Assembly: GCF_018350175.1 (NCBI RefSeq)
Contig: NC_058368.1
Location: 113,710,001 to 113,774,000 of the forward strand
DNA from: Felis catus
Lineage: Eukaryota
Direction: 5' to 3'
DNA: 64,000 bases
Part shown: positions 14,293 through 27,979 of the stretch, in pieces
How the letters are laid out: each line of letters starts with the position of its first letter
How positions within the stretch are numbered: position 1 is the first letter of the stretch
Made by a program: the position numbers and the translations under genes
The notes under the pieces: model-generated
What the model saw: only the letters and a program-made list of their open reading frames with translations
The model's database searches: none
Told to the model about the DNA's origin: nothing

Positions 14293-14621
14293 GGGGGGGG
14301 GGGGGGGGGGTGGTACCTACAAGAGGGGAATATTTGTTTCCCCAACTGAAAATCTCAGGCAGTGGGTTTGCTAGTCTGTCCTATGACTAACTGAACAGAA
14401 AAAAGAAAACTCAAGAGGGCTGGCCAAACCTAGAGAAGGGGCAGCAGTATGTAAGCATCTATCCCCACCATTTAGTAGAGAACAAAGATGAGAGTTTAGA
14501 GAGCAAAAGAACACAGAAGGCAACCCTAGCACCTTGTTGTGTGTATCTCCCCATGGGGACGACCTACAAAATAAGAGGACCTTATCAGCTAAGGCTATGA
14601 TACAGACGTCTATGAGAACAT

Positions 14622-15010
14622 GTTCTTGGGATGTCATTAATACCATTAGCCAAATATATGACTTCTCCTTCCAAGTATACATGGTAGGATTACCCTTAAC
14701 TGCCCCCATGGAAGTGGATTCTGATCATGTAATTTCCTTGCTCAAAAAAAAAAAAAAAAAAAAAAGTGCCTCATCTAAGAAGATGCAGTCCAGTAGTTAA
14801 TGTAAGCTCTGCAGCACAGTGATTGTGAAAGCACGGAGATGGAGTCTTCATCAGCCTGCTTCCTTAAGGACAACACAGATCAGAGCCCCTATCAACCCAT
14901 GAGAGATGTATAGAATGAGGGAAAAACAGGCCTTCACTGTTTTAAGACAAAAGGATGATTTTTGGAGTTATGTGTCACCACAGCATAACCTAACTCATCC
15001 TGACTGATAA
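14622..15010 (+). mobile_element. ERVL-MaLR solo LTR (MLT1I/J-like)
   Basis: Ends TGTTTTAAG...TGTCACCACAGCATAACCTAACTCATCCTGACTGATA. Confidence 0.7.
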
Positions 15011-15473
15011 AAAGGAGAAAGGAAAAGAAGAGGTGAATCTGGAGTCAAACCACCCCATCAGTGAATTATGTACTAGACAGTCCTCCACCTGGCCCTCCAA
15101 AGAGCCCACCCTGACATGAACCCTGGCAGGAAGAGGGATAAACCATAAATTATACATTCAGCACAATACTGACTCCTCAAGCCAGAAGTCTAAACTATGC
15201 AGATGAAAAGGAAAAGATTCTCCAAATCTGGTATGGAAGATTTAAGGTCAAATGGACTTAGTTTTAAAGCCAAAAATGATGGAAAACTATGGAATCTCCC
15301 CAAGATGTTGTTAAGGGAAAGCAAGAATTAAAAATAAATAAAATTGTCTCATGTTTATTTCCCAAGTTGAAATTTCTCAATAAACTGGTTGCCCATACGT
15401 GTTTAATAAACAAAGACATGTGTTTTTGACTGGTCTCAGAAAACTGCAGCTGTTCACATTTGCTCTCCTTAAA

Positions 15474-15504
15474 ACACGCGCGCGCGCGCGCACACACACA
15501 CACA
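15474..15504. repeat. Compound (CG)7(CA)n microsatellite
   Basis: ACACGCGCGCGCGCGCGCACACACACACACA. Confidence 0.95.
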
Positions 15505-18500
15505 ATTACTGAAATAATTCTAACAAGACAATCAATACTGCCCCAAGACAAGCAGTTCTAATCAGCCCTACCAACCAGAGTACACTAATCCTATTATGTG
15601 GGTGTCCTGCTTCCTTTAGAGATGAAGTTGTTTTTCTCTGCACAAAGAGGGTATGCCCTACAGGGAGAGAGAGAAGATTAGGATATCTGAAAATAATGTG
15701 TCCTAGAGAATAGATTAGAATTCAACTATTACCATGAGAAGGGTGTACAACGAATAGCCAAAACGTGGACCACAGGTGTGACAGTAAGACTATTCGTTAA
15801 CATGTAAAAGTTCTCCAACTTCCCACTGCATTTTACCCAACTCCTATCCTCTAAAGAACAATTGTGTCTTTTTCCAGCCTAGATGTCAGGAGGATAGACA
15901 AGCACCTAAGAAGCCAGAGGACAAGGTAGGGCAGGGTTGGGAGGTTAGCCAGGAGAGATTAGGTCAAACCATTAAACTAACTGCTGGGAGAAGAGGAAGG
16001 AAAAGAAGAGTTTTATGGGACTGTCATATAAAAGACTCCTGAGTAACACAAGGACCAAAGTAATGAAGAAGAGAACACACATTTTGAGAAGTGTAGTTGT
16101 GGGTTATGAATTGGGTCTTCTTTAACATGTATTGAAATATGGAAGGAAAAACTGGAATTCCTTTTCAAATACTTTGGATGCTGGACTGGACTGTGCAACT
16201 GTGAATGGAACTTTAAACAAAGCTTTGATTGTGTGGGACCCTGGGATTTACTTGAGTGACAGATTTTTCTACAGAAATTCCTATTTACCTGTTTATCCAA
16301 GTAGAGCACCAGCTCCTTAGGGCCAAGATTTAGACTTGAAGTTCCACATTCCTGAGCCTGGCACCATGCCTAGCACAAAGGTATTCAATAATTAAGATGG
16401 TCTAGTCTCTCTCAAACTCAAAATGTTACTTGACCAAAGTAACAGGAGAAAAGTGATTCTTAACCTGCTCCCCTTATCTGTTTAACAACTGAGTTTCTTG
16501 CCTATGTATCAACATCTGTTATCTCTATAGAATCTCAGCTACTCGGCAGGTCAGTTTTACATGCTATGAAAACATCTCAAGTAAATACTCACTTGTTTAG
16601 GTGAGAGACAAGTGCCTGAAAGTCACTCTAGAAGGTAAGTATGAATGCTCCCGCGTTACACAACTAGGAACAGAGTGAATAAGTCAGCTACAGGTCTATA
16701 TAAACTCCACAAAGGGGTCTTCCAGAGTTGTGGAAGGGGTAGCAGAGGTGTGACAATAGAAGTTTTCTTCTCTTTCCCTCCTGCTCCTTAAAGTATGCCC
16801 AAGAATTCAGCAGACCTTGTGACATTAACTCAAGGGTAGAAAGGAGAAACATGCAGCTTAACTTAGCATCACACAGGAGTCATGTTGGCAGCAAGTTGAT
16901 CTTCCAAGTGGAAAAGGTCTTTCAGACCCTACCACACTCCTACCCATGCAAACATTCCCAGGAATGAGACCAAACAGGGCAGACATAGCAACCCATGCTG
17001 GACTTTAGGGACAATAATTGGTGGGGTTTGAGGGCAGATGCAAAATAAAGGAAAAAATGAAGGGTGGTCTCTACTGGGGGAAAGGGACACAATAAAAATG
17101 CCCAAGGGCATTTCCATGGGACAGGACACATTGTATACTCCTTAATCCTGAGCTAAGTCTTCATATCCATGAACAGAAGCTATGGAAATATCCAAAGAGG
17201 CAAGATACATTACTCTCCCCATCTCTACTACCATATGAACTCAGTGTGGACACTACTCATATGAGAAGTAAAGGCTTCAGAGGAGATCCACTGGGAGGCT
17301 GAGTTGGCTCAACAACTTTCTTGTGGGCTATGTCCCCTTTCCCTTCACAAGGAAGAATGCTACAATTACACAGGGTGAGAGAAGAGGCTCCCAGTATATC
17401 CTTAAGTATGTATTACACATCTGGCAGCCTCAGAGAGACCAAAATCCATAAGCCACAGTCCTGGAAGGCAGGAGTTCACAATTCAGGTGCGCCTCCAACA
17501 GACAAAACAAGAACTCAACCCATGTAATGCATAACCTGATAAAGAGTCAGGTGGTACTGGCTGTCACTGCTATGGATATCAGAGGAGCAGGTCATTAAAA
17601 TTTGTTATATGGCATATGAGAAAGAAGTGAGTTGTGAACAGAGATCATCTTGTTGGAAAGAGTGGCTACTACCCACAATGTGTGGTGAAGCAAGATCCAA
17701 GGGAGAATAACCAGGCCATCCATCTGGAGACTGTCACTTCTTTTTGGGAACAGAAATATTTTTATGCTGAATGTTCCCACTCCTCAGGGAAACAAAATCA
17801 AACAGCCTTTCTGATTCACAGTAGAGCCAATTTACTGTGACTCATAGGTAAATACATGTCTCACACAAAAACTCCCCATGGCTGTTTATCTTGGCATAAA
17901 TAATAAAAATTATATGATCTTTATTATACCCCACTGGCTGCAATAATACATCAGATTTCATAAGGATATAAAATATAATGTATTTATTTGATTGATCCTC
18001 CCTTCTCTTGGCTCTGGAAAAGTCAAGTATCTGGATAAGAGGAGCTCAGGCCTTATAATGTACACTCTTCAAGGACACAGATTTTTGTATATTTTGTTTA
18101 TGGCTGTATCCAAGAGCCTAAGACAGTACCCGATACATTTATTTCTTGAATGAACAATGTAAAGAATGGCTCATCATTAAGAATGGCTCATCATATGTCC
18201 CTCATGCTCAACTTTATCCACTTACACTATGCCTGGCATTAAAAAATAATAATCAGGGAGTGACATCAGCAAGATGGCAAAACAAGTCTTTCCTGACTTT
18301 TCTCCCCCTTACAAAAACAACTAACAACTACTCAAGAACAAGATACCACTGATAGAATCCTAGAGCACGAGGAGGAAGCTAAAGCAATCCCTGTACCACA
18401 AAGACCAAGACTGCATTAGAAGGGTAAGAGAAGTGACTACACATTAGTTGAGCACACTGCTCTCTCCCAGACCGGTGTACCACCAAGCAAAGAGGTCTCC

Positions 18501-20420
18501 TCTCTGAGCCTTCAGTTCCTCCGATAGGAAAAGAAAACTCACAGGGGACACTAAGATCCACTTGTAGCACTGGGGTCACTTTGTGAGAGCCCCTATTCTG
18601 ATGTCACACCATATGTATTGCAAGGGGAATCTGCAGGGCCCAGTGAATGGCAATCTGAGTAAAATGGACAAGGTGGGGAGGGGCTTGCAACAACCAGTAC
18701 ATGGATCTTGCAAGATCAAGTTCATTCCTGCAGTACCAAAGTAGTAATACCAACCAGCAGGTTTGCTCATCTGTAGAACCAAGCTGGGGGTGCACTTTGA
18801 CCAGGGAACAAGGTGGAGTACAGATATACATGATTCAGAGACTCAAATGAGGAATTCTGCCAGCCCTAGAATCCAGTTTTCCCATGCTCAAGAAAGGAGT
18901 GGAGTTACAGCCCCACACATTGTGGATACCATCTTCTACCTACATCTGAGAAGAAGTATTGGAGATGACTCCAGGAAGCTGTGAGACCCAGCGGCACTTG
19001 AGCCAAGAGGTGGGTAGGAAGGCTGATTATCCCCAAGCAAAGCCAGTATCAGTCATAGAGCGTTCCTGGACTATTCACAGATAGTGGGATTAATTTCACA
19101 GCCAAGGCTGAGGGTAGTTCCCAGCCTCTCCCAATGAGAAGGCCTATTTGAGAAACTGAGGGCAGCCTGGAGTGGCCTGTCCCCCTTCCTAGACCTGGAA
19201 GCTGATATATAACCCAACCACTATGGAGACTGTCTTTTAGTCACAGGGGACCATAAGGGCTGGTTACAACCCCTGCAAGTTGAGCAGTGGTTGAGCCTAG
19301 AAAGGGGAAGGCAGTGGCCGGGTTCAGCTATGGAACTTGGAGTGTGGGTCAGCTCAAGTTAAGACAACAAAGAGTTTTACCAGTTTTAGAGAAGCTCTCC
19401 TGACAGACCCAGGCAGGGAATCTAATTCATAGTCCTGCTCACTAATGAATATAGTCTGCCCCACCAGAGAACCTAACCAGCGCACATGGGAAGCTATGTA
19501 GCCCATTTAACAACCCTACATACACTACATACACTTGAACAGAAACCACAGACAGTGGCTTTCCTTATCTACAAAGCAAAACTAATGGCCATACACTCTG
19601 GGCTGATATGGGTCCCCAAACAAGAAGCTATACAGGTTCTGGGTCCCATCCTACTGACCTGCCAGGAAAAGGAAGTAAATTTGTGGCTCCATCCACCAAT
19701 GGACATATTACCTAGACCCAACTATCAAGTAAGCCTGACCAAAGAATCTATGCAACCACAGAGTCATCCTAAAGCCTCACAGTAGGTAGGGAACCAAGCT
19801 AGCAGTCCCAACCAATTGTTCTTAGAGGCACACCCTCACGTCTCGGTTCTCAGAACTCAAACAGTTGCCTTGCCCAAAACTAGGTCATAATATCAAATCC
19901 TACCTGTCAAAGGACATTAGCAGCAGTAACACTTGTAAATCCAAACTGAGCTGATTGGTGAAGAAGGGTCTATAAAATCTGGAAGAGGAACTCACTCAAA
20001 TCCACAGATACCAATGTATCTGTATCCACAGAATACACACACAAAAAAACAGGTAAATAGGACACTGCCTAAGGAAACTAATAAAGCTGTAACAAATGAC
20101 CCTAAAAAAATAGAGATCTATTAACTGTTGGACAAAGAATTCAGACTAATTTTCTTACAGAAATTTAGGCAACTACAGGAAAACATACACAGACAACTAA
20201 ACAAAATTATGAAAACAAGACGTGAACAAAATGAGAATCTCAACAAGGAAATGGCAACCATCAAAAGAAACCAAATAGAAATCCTAGAGCTGAAAAATAA
20301 ATAACTGAACTGAAGAATTCAACAGAGTTTCAGATATACACTGGAACATGCAGAATAGAGAATTAGTGACAAAGAAAATAGAAATATTAGAAATTAACCA
20401 TCAAAGGAGCAAAATTTAAA

Positions 20421-20549
20421 TTTTTTTTTAAGTAGGCTTCACGCCCAGCATGGAGTCCCATTCAGGGTCTTAACTCAGGACCATGAGATCAAGACCTGAA
20501 CCAAACTTAAGAGTCAGATGTCCAACTCACTGAGAAACCCAGGCACCCC
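20421..20549 (-). mobile_element. Short CAN-SINE inserted in L1 ORF1
   Basis: Ends ...CCCAGGCACCCC; TSD GGAGCAAAATTT at 20406 and 20551. Confidence 0.88.
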
Positions 20550-23460
20550 TGGAGCAAAATTTTAAAATGAATAACAGAGAGTGAAAAGTGACTACAGGAA
20601 TTATGGGACATAATGAAAAGAAACATATTCATATTATAGGAATTCTATAAAGGTAAGAGAGCAAGGGACAGCAAGTATATTTAAAGCAATAAAGGCTGAA
20701 AACTTCCCAAACCTGGAGAGAGAAATGGACATCTACACCCACGAGGCCTAAAGGATCCCAAATATAATCAATCTGATTAAGCCTACACTAAGGCACATTA
20801 TAATCAAATTGGCAAACGTTAAAAACAAAGAATTTTAAGACAAGGCAAAGAGAGAAGTTACATAAAAAGGAATCTCCAGAAGACTATCAATGGATTTTTC
20901 AACAGAAACTTCTCAGACCAAGAGAGAATGGAGAGACATATTCAAAATATTGAAAAAAAATAACTATAAACCAAGAATTCCATACCCATTGAAGCTATCT
21001 TTCAGAAATGAAGGAGGGAAAAGACCTCCCAAACAAATAAAAGCTTAGGGAGTTCATTACCATTAGACTTGCCTTACATGAAATATATAAAGAGTTCTTT
21101 GAGTGGAAGTCAAAGAACACTACCATAAAACATAAAAACATAAAAAGGTACCATAAACCTCACTGATAATGGCACATATACAGTCTTAGATTTTGCAGTT
21201 TTGTAATATTGGTGCATACTTCACTTACAACTCTCGTTTAAAAAAATTTTTTAAGTAGCAAAAATAACCCTAAGTAGAATAATCTATTATTAGTTATACA
21301 ACATAAAAAACATGTGAATTATGACAATAACCTAAAAGGTAACATGGAAGAGAAATAAAAGTGTAAAGTTTATAAATTTGATTGAAGGTGAGTTCTTATC
21401 AGTTTAAAATAGGGTGTGATACATTTAAGATATTTTATGGTAAGCCTCTCGGTAACCACAAAGGAAAATCTTGCAGTAAATACACAAAAGAATAAAAGAA
21501 GTCAAGGCATAATGATAGCAAACACATCAAACCACAAGATAGCAGGATAAGAAACAAAAGAAAAATAGATGTACATAGGAACCAGAAAAGAAGTAACAAA
21601 ATGGCAGTAGTAACTCTTCTCTATCAATAACTACTTTAAATGTAAACAGATAAAATTCTGCAACTAAAAGACAGAATGGCTGCAAGGATTTCAAAGCAAA
21701 GCAAAACAAAAACAAAACCCAACAATACACTGTGGACAAGAAACTCAATTTAGCCTTAAAGATACAAATAGACTGACAGTGAGGGTATGAAAAAAGACAT
21801 TTCAGGCAAATGATAACCCAAAAGAAGTAGCAATAGCTATACTTTTATTAGACAAACAGATTTTATGCTAAAAATGGAAAAAAGAAATAAAGTCATTTTA
21901 TGACAAAGGAGCAAATATATCAGGGAGATATAACAATTATAAATATTTATATGCCCATCAGAGCACCTAAATATATCAACCAAAACTAACAGAGCTAAAA
22001 TGAGAAACAGTAAGGCAGTAATAGTAGGGGATTTTAATACCCTACTCTGAACAATGGATAGACCATCTAGACAGAAAATCAATAAGGAAACAGCAGAGTT
22101 GAACAACACTATACACCAAATGGACCTAACAGACATATAGAGAAAAATCTTATCCAACAACAGAATACACATTCTTCTCAAATTCCCATGGAACATTTTC
22201 TATGATAGACCATATGTTAGGCCACAAAACAAGTCTTAGCAAATTCAGGAAGAATGAAACCATATGAAGTATCTTCTTTGACCATAATGGCATGAAGCTA
22301 AAAGTCAACAAGAGGAAAGTGAAAATTCATGAACACATGGAAATTAAACAATACTCTCCTGAACCAATGGCTCAAAAAATAAATTCAAACAGAAATAAAC
22401 TTTGAAAAAAAAAACAAATATGTAAACACAACATACAAGAACTTACACAATGCAGCAAAAACAGTTCTAAGAGGAAAGTTCATAGCAAACATGCCTACAT
22501 TAAGATAAAAGACAACAAATAAAAACCTAACTCGATACTATAGTAGATAAAGAAGAAATGAAGCCCAAAATTAGCAGTAGAGAGGAAATAATAAAAATTA
22601 GAGCACAAATGAATAAAAAAGAGAAATGAAAATCAACAAAGAAGATTAATGAAATGGAAAGCTGGTTCATGGAAAAGATAAACAAAATTGACAAATCCTT
22701 AGCAAGAATAACCAAACTAACAAAATTATAAATGAAAAAAAAAAAAATTACAGCTGATAACACAGAAATTCAAAGGACCGTAAGAGGGTGCTGTGAAAAA
22801 CTATATGCCAACAAACTAGAAGAAATGGAAAAATTCTTAGAAACACACAATTTACTATGACTGAATCAAGATTACACAGAGAAAACATTAATAGACCAAT
22901 TACTAGTAAGGAGATTGAATCAGTAATCAAAATCTCTCAACAAAGAAAAGCCCAAGACCAGATGCTTCACCAGCGAATTTTACTAAGTATGTAAATAGAA
23001 TTAATGCCAATCCTTCTCAAACTCTTCAAAACACTGAAAAAGAGAAAACACACCCAAATGCATTTTACAAAGCCAACATTATCCTAACACCAAAACCAGA
23101 AAAGGATGGTACTAGAAAACAAAACTACAGGCCAATATCTCAGATGAATATAGATGCAAAAGTTCTCAGTAAAATACTGCCAAACTAAATGCTGCCAAAC
23201 TAATTCACCAGCACATCCTTTTGAGCACATCAAAAGGATCATCCACCATGATCAAGTGGGATTTATCCCTGGGTCACAAGGATGATTCAATATATACAAA
23301 TCAACCAATATGACATATCACCTTAATAGAATAAGAGAAAAGAACCATATGATAATTTCAATTGACAAAGAAAAAAGCAATTTAAAAAATTCAACATCCA
23401 TTCATGATTTTAAAAAGCTTAAATATGGCACAGAAGGAACATATCTCAACATAATAAAGG

Positions 23461-23481
23461 ATATATATATATATGTGTGTG

Positions 23482-23530
<49 letters not shown>
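23461..23530. repeat. Compound (TA)n/(TG)n microsatellite within L1 ORF2
   Basis: Directly visible alternating dinucleotide runs. Confidence 0.95.
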
Positions 23531-23532
<2 letters not shown>

Positions 23533-25119
23533 TACCCACAGGTAACATAATACTCTATGGTGAGTGGTTGAAAACATTTCCTCTAAGATCAGGAACAAGA
23601 CACTTCTGGTAGTATTGGAAGTATAGCCAATGCAATCAGGCAAGAAAAAAATTAAATGTATCACAATTGTAAAGGATGAAGTAAAATTGTCTCAATTTGC
23701 AGATTACATGATTTTATATATACAAAATCCCAAAGACTCAACCAAAAAACTGTTAAATCTAATCAATGAGCTCAGTATAGTTGCAGAAAATAAAATTAAC
23801 ATACAAAAATAAGTACCAGTTTTATACACTAACAACAAATTTTCTGGGAAAGAAATTTATAAATCAATCCCATTTACAATAGCATCAAAAACAATAAAAT
23901 ACTTAGGAACAAATTTAACTAAGTAGGTGTAAGATCTCTCTTCTGGAAACTGTTAAGAAATTGATAAAATAAATAGAAGAAAACACAATTAAATGGTAAA
24001 ATATCCTGTGTTCACAGATTGGAACAATTGGTATTGTTAAAATGTCAATATTACCAAAAGCCATCTGTATATTCAATGTAATCCCTATCAAGATTTCTAA
24101 GGCATTTTTTACAGTGGGAAAAACACTCCTAAAATTTAGGTAGAACCACAAAAGACCCTGAATAGCCAAAGAAATCCTAATAAAGAAGAAGAAAGCAGGA
24201 GGCATCACACTTACTGATGTCAAGGTACACTATAAAGCCACAGGCATTAAACAGTAGAGTATTGGCATAAAGATGGACAAACAGAACAATGGAACACAAC
24301 TGAGAGCCCATAAATAAACCCAATCATACACGGTCAGCTAATATTTGACAAGGGAGACAAAAATGCTCACTGTATAAAAGATAGTCTCTTCAACCTGGGA
24401 AAACTGGATATTTGCATGAAAAAGAATGAAACTAGACCTACATCTTATACCACTCATACACATTAACTTGAAATTGATTAAAGACTTAAATGTACTACCA
24501 GAAACCATAAAACTTCTTTAAGAAAACATATAGAAAAAGCTCCTTGAAGAAAAAAAAAGAAAGAAAGAAAAAGCTCCTTGACATCAGTCTTGCTAATGAC
24601 TTTTTTTGATGGGACACCTAAAGGACAAGCAAGAAAATCAAAAACAAGTAGGACTACATCACACTAAAAAGCTCCTGGACAGTAAAAGAAACCATCAACA
24701 AAAAGAAAAGACAACCTATGAAATGTGGAAGAAAATACTTACAAACCTGATAATGGGTTGATATCCAAAACATATAAAGAACCCGAAACAATTCAATAGC
24801 ATAAAAACAACCTGATTTAAAAATGGACAAAGGACTTAACTAGAAAACTCTCCCAAAAAAAGATATATGAAAGGCCAACAGGTACATGGAAAAGATGCTC
24901 CACATCACTAGTGATAAGGGAAATTCAAACTAAAACCACAATGATTACCACCTCATGCCTTTTAGAACAGCCATAATAAAAAAGACAAGAGATAAATGCT
25001 GCCATGAATGTAGGGAAAAGAGAACATTTCTGCACTATTTATGGGATTGTAAATTGCTACAGCCACTAGGGAAAACATTACGATAAATCCTCAAAAGTTA
25101 AAAATAGAACTATGATCCA

Positions 25120-25295
25120 GGGGTCCCCGGGTAGCTCAGTTGGTTAAGTGTCTGACTCCTGATTTAGGCTCAGGTCATGATCTCATGGCTTGTAAGATCA
25201 AACCCTGCAATCAGGGATTCTCTCTCTCTACTCCCTCTGTCCATGTCCCACTCACACAAACTCTTTCTCTCTGGCAAAATAAATTTAAAAAACAA
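25120..25295 (+). mobile_element. CAN-SINE inserted in L1 ORF2
   Basis: GGGGTCCCCGGGTAGCTCAGTTGGTTAAG head, CT tract and A tail. Confidence 0.88.
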
Positions 25296-26089
25296 TAAAA
25301 AAAAAACCTACCATATGGTCCAGCAATTCCACTTCTGGGAACAAAAAGGACACAAAACCACTAACTTGAAAAGATATGTGTACCCCCATGTTCATGGCAG
25401 CATTATTTATAATAGCCAAGACATGGAAACAACCCAAGTGTCCAGTGATGGATGAATGGATAAAGAAGTTGTATTATATATCTCTAAAATGTAGTATTAT
25501 TGAGCCATGAAAAAAAAAAAAAAAAAACCAAATTCTACCACTTGAGACAACTTGGATGATTTTGAAGGCATTGTAATAAGTGAAATAAGTTGAAAAGAAA
25601 AAAGTAACTACTGTATGATCTTATTTTGCAATCTAAAACAAAACACAAACAAAACCAACCCAACAGGAAAAAAAAAAAATCAAACTTGTGGTTACCAGAG
25701 GCTGGGGACAGGGAGACAGTATTGGAGGAAGGTGGTCAAAAGGTACAAACTTCCCAGCTATAACCTAAGTACTAGGAATATAATGTAGTGCATGGTGACG
25801 AGGGTTGTTAACGGGGCCACAGGTATATAGGGAAGTTGTTAAGGGAATAAATCCTAAAACCTCTTATCCCAAGAATTTTTTTCCTTTTTTCCTTTCTTTT
25901 CTTCCTTTCATTCTATCTATATGAAAAGATGGATATTAAGTGAACCTACTATGGTAATCGTTTCACAAGATACATAAATCAAACCATCACACTATAGGTC
26001 TTAAACTTACACAGTGACAAATGGTATGTCAATTATTTCTTGACAAAACTGGGAAAAAAAATAAAGAAGAAGCAACCATGCCTCAAGGC

Positions 26090-26302
26090 CAGCATTTCTC
26101 AACCTTGGCACTGCAGACATTGTGAGGGAGAGAGGCTGTCCTATACGTGGTAGGATGTTTAGCAGCATCCGTGGCCACTACTCATGAGACGCCAATATCA
26201 TTTCCGCCCCCCTACAATCCTTGGTTGGGGCAACCAGAAAAGACTCAAGACCTTGCCAAATGTTCCCTGGGGGTAAAATCTTCCCTGCTTGGGAATCACT
26301 TG
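26090..26302. mobile_element. MER20 (hAT-Charlie) DNA transposon
   Basis: TTTCTCAACCTTGGCACT...GTAGGATGTTTAGCAGCATCC...GCCAAATGTTCCCTGGGG. Confidence 0.85.
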
Positions 26303-27019
26303 TCGAGGCCTGCAGAGAGCTCCCAAACTGCTGACAGATCCAGAGAACTATAGTGTTTTTGTCTTATGCATGATGCTGAGACAGCAGGCATGGGAAACCC
26401 TTCTCCCTGCCTACTTGGAGCTGAGTGCACCAGACAGGCCTGCGGTGAGAGCAGTGGGAGGAAATATTGGGTAATGAAAATCAGGCAGATGTCTTGAACA
26501 CAAATGAAGACGGAGATGTGGGCCCGGGCCTTGTCTGTATTCGAAAGGAGAAACCACTTCACCGCTGTGGTGGGGATGGACTTGGTTTTTAATGATCTCC
26601 TCTCACCCTCCTCCACTGCAAGGGCATAAAACCATCTATACGTTGTACCAGTAGCAGGGGATCTGTGAGCAGCTATTTGACTCGAAATCTGGCTTGGAGC
26701 ATCTGCTCCTGCTCCTGATTATGAACGAGGCTAGGATTCATTAATATCTCCACAATGAGTTCGAAGGGCTCTTCAGAGAACAGGCTCTACACAGCATTTA
26801 CGAGGGCAGGTACAAATGTGAGGAAGAGCAACCGCTTCTGCTCCCCAGTTCCAGGTGAGTTGCTGGACTCTCACATCTGTTTCCCGAACAAAATCAAGAG
26901 GGTTCAGAGACACATTCCTCCCAGTCAAGACTCTTGCTTGCATCATCTTACCTGTGTTGATTCATTAACTGCACCTATCTTGGCATGCCATATTTCTTTC
27001 ACATTCTTGTGCTTTACCC

Positions 27020-27560
27020 AAAAAATCACTAATAGCCAGTGCTGGCAAGGGTACAATAAAACATACATTCTATAATTCTGGGGGTACAACCAGCATAAGG
27101 TAGCAACACCCATGAGTGGCTTTTAAAATGCACATGCGAGTACCGCATATTTCTACTTCTGGGAATGTATCATAAAGAAATAATTCTAACTGTAGAAAGA
27201 CTCCTATGCCCAAAGTATTCATTATGTATTTATAGAAAATTAGAAAAAATGGAAACCACCAACTGTCTATTGTCAGATATTTTCGTTTGTTATAATGTAG
27301 TATTACATATTCCCTGGACTAATACATACCATTAAAACATCATTTCCAAAGAATAGCATCATACTATAATAAAATGTTTATGCTGTGTCATTAAACGAAA
27401 ACACAGAGAGAGAACACCAAATCATATCAACAGCATGACATCAACCATGAAAATAAACACTTTGGCATTAAAAAGTCTTCTGAAAGCAAACATCCTCCAC
27501 AAAAAAAAAAAAAAATGTTAACCGTAACTGCATATGGGAGGGAAGTTATTTATTTCTCTT
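27020..27560 (+). mobile_element. Ancient L1M 3' fragment
   Basis: Degenerate L1 3' motifs (TTTCTACTTCTGGGAATGTATC, GGAAACCACCAACTGTC). Confidence 0.55.
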
Positions 27561-27979
27561 TCTATATCTTCTAAATTCTCTTTTACATTTCTCTTTTTAA
27601 ACAATCTATTTCTTTACAATGGGAAAAGAACAATTTATTATCAAAAGAATAATGGTAAACCCACATCTAGAACATAAATACATCCCCTCCATATCATCTT
27701 TAGCCCAGGTTTTTTCACAGTTTGAGGTTTATTGACATGTAACACTGCCTACGTTTAAGGTACATGACATGGTAATTTAATAGATGCATATACTGCAAAA
27801 TGATTACCAAGGTAAGGTTAACACATACTTCATCTGACATAATTACCATGTTAATGTTACATGTATGACATTTAAGATTTACTTTCTCAGCAACATTTGA
27901 GTACACAATACAGTATTGTTAACTATAGTCAACATGCTGTTCATTAGATCACCAGATTCCCTTATAACTTGAAGTTTGT

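Larger units (their letters stand above)
18256..26065 (+). mobile_element. Near-full-length decayed LINE-1 (old L1MA-like or early carnivore family), antisense to SPOCK1
   Basis: The 5' end reads GGGAGTGACATCAGCAAGATGGC. ORF1 remnants lie at about 20.0-21.1 kb. ORF2 starts near 21601 with the endonuclease start, and RT remnants include [21 protein letters not shown] at about 23.7 kb. The 3' UTR ends GTCAATTATTTCTTGACAAAACTGGGAAAAAAA. Many stops and frameshifts. Confidence 0.92.

Noticed and set aside
16700..17830. Possible ancient retroviral or processed-pseudogene remnant
   Set aside because: The sequence looks unexplained, but I could not recover any convincing protein motif, LTR, poly-A tail or TSD. 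A Dfam or tBLASTx search is needed.
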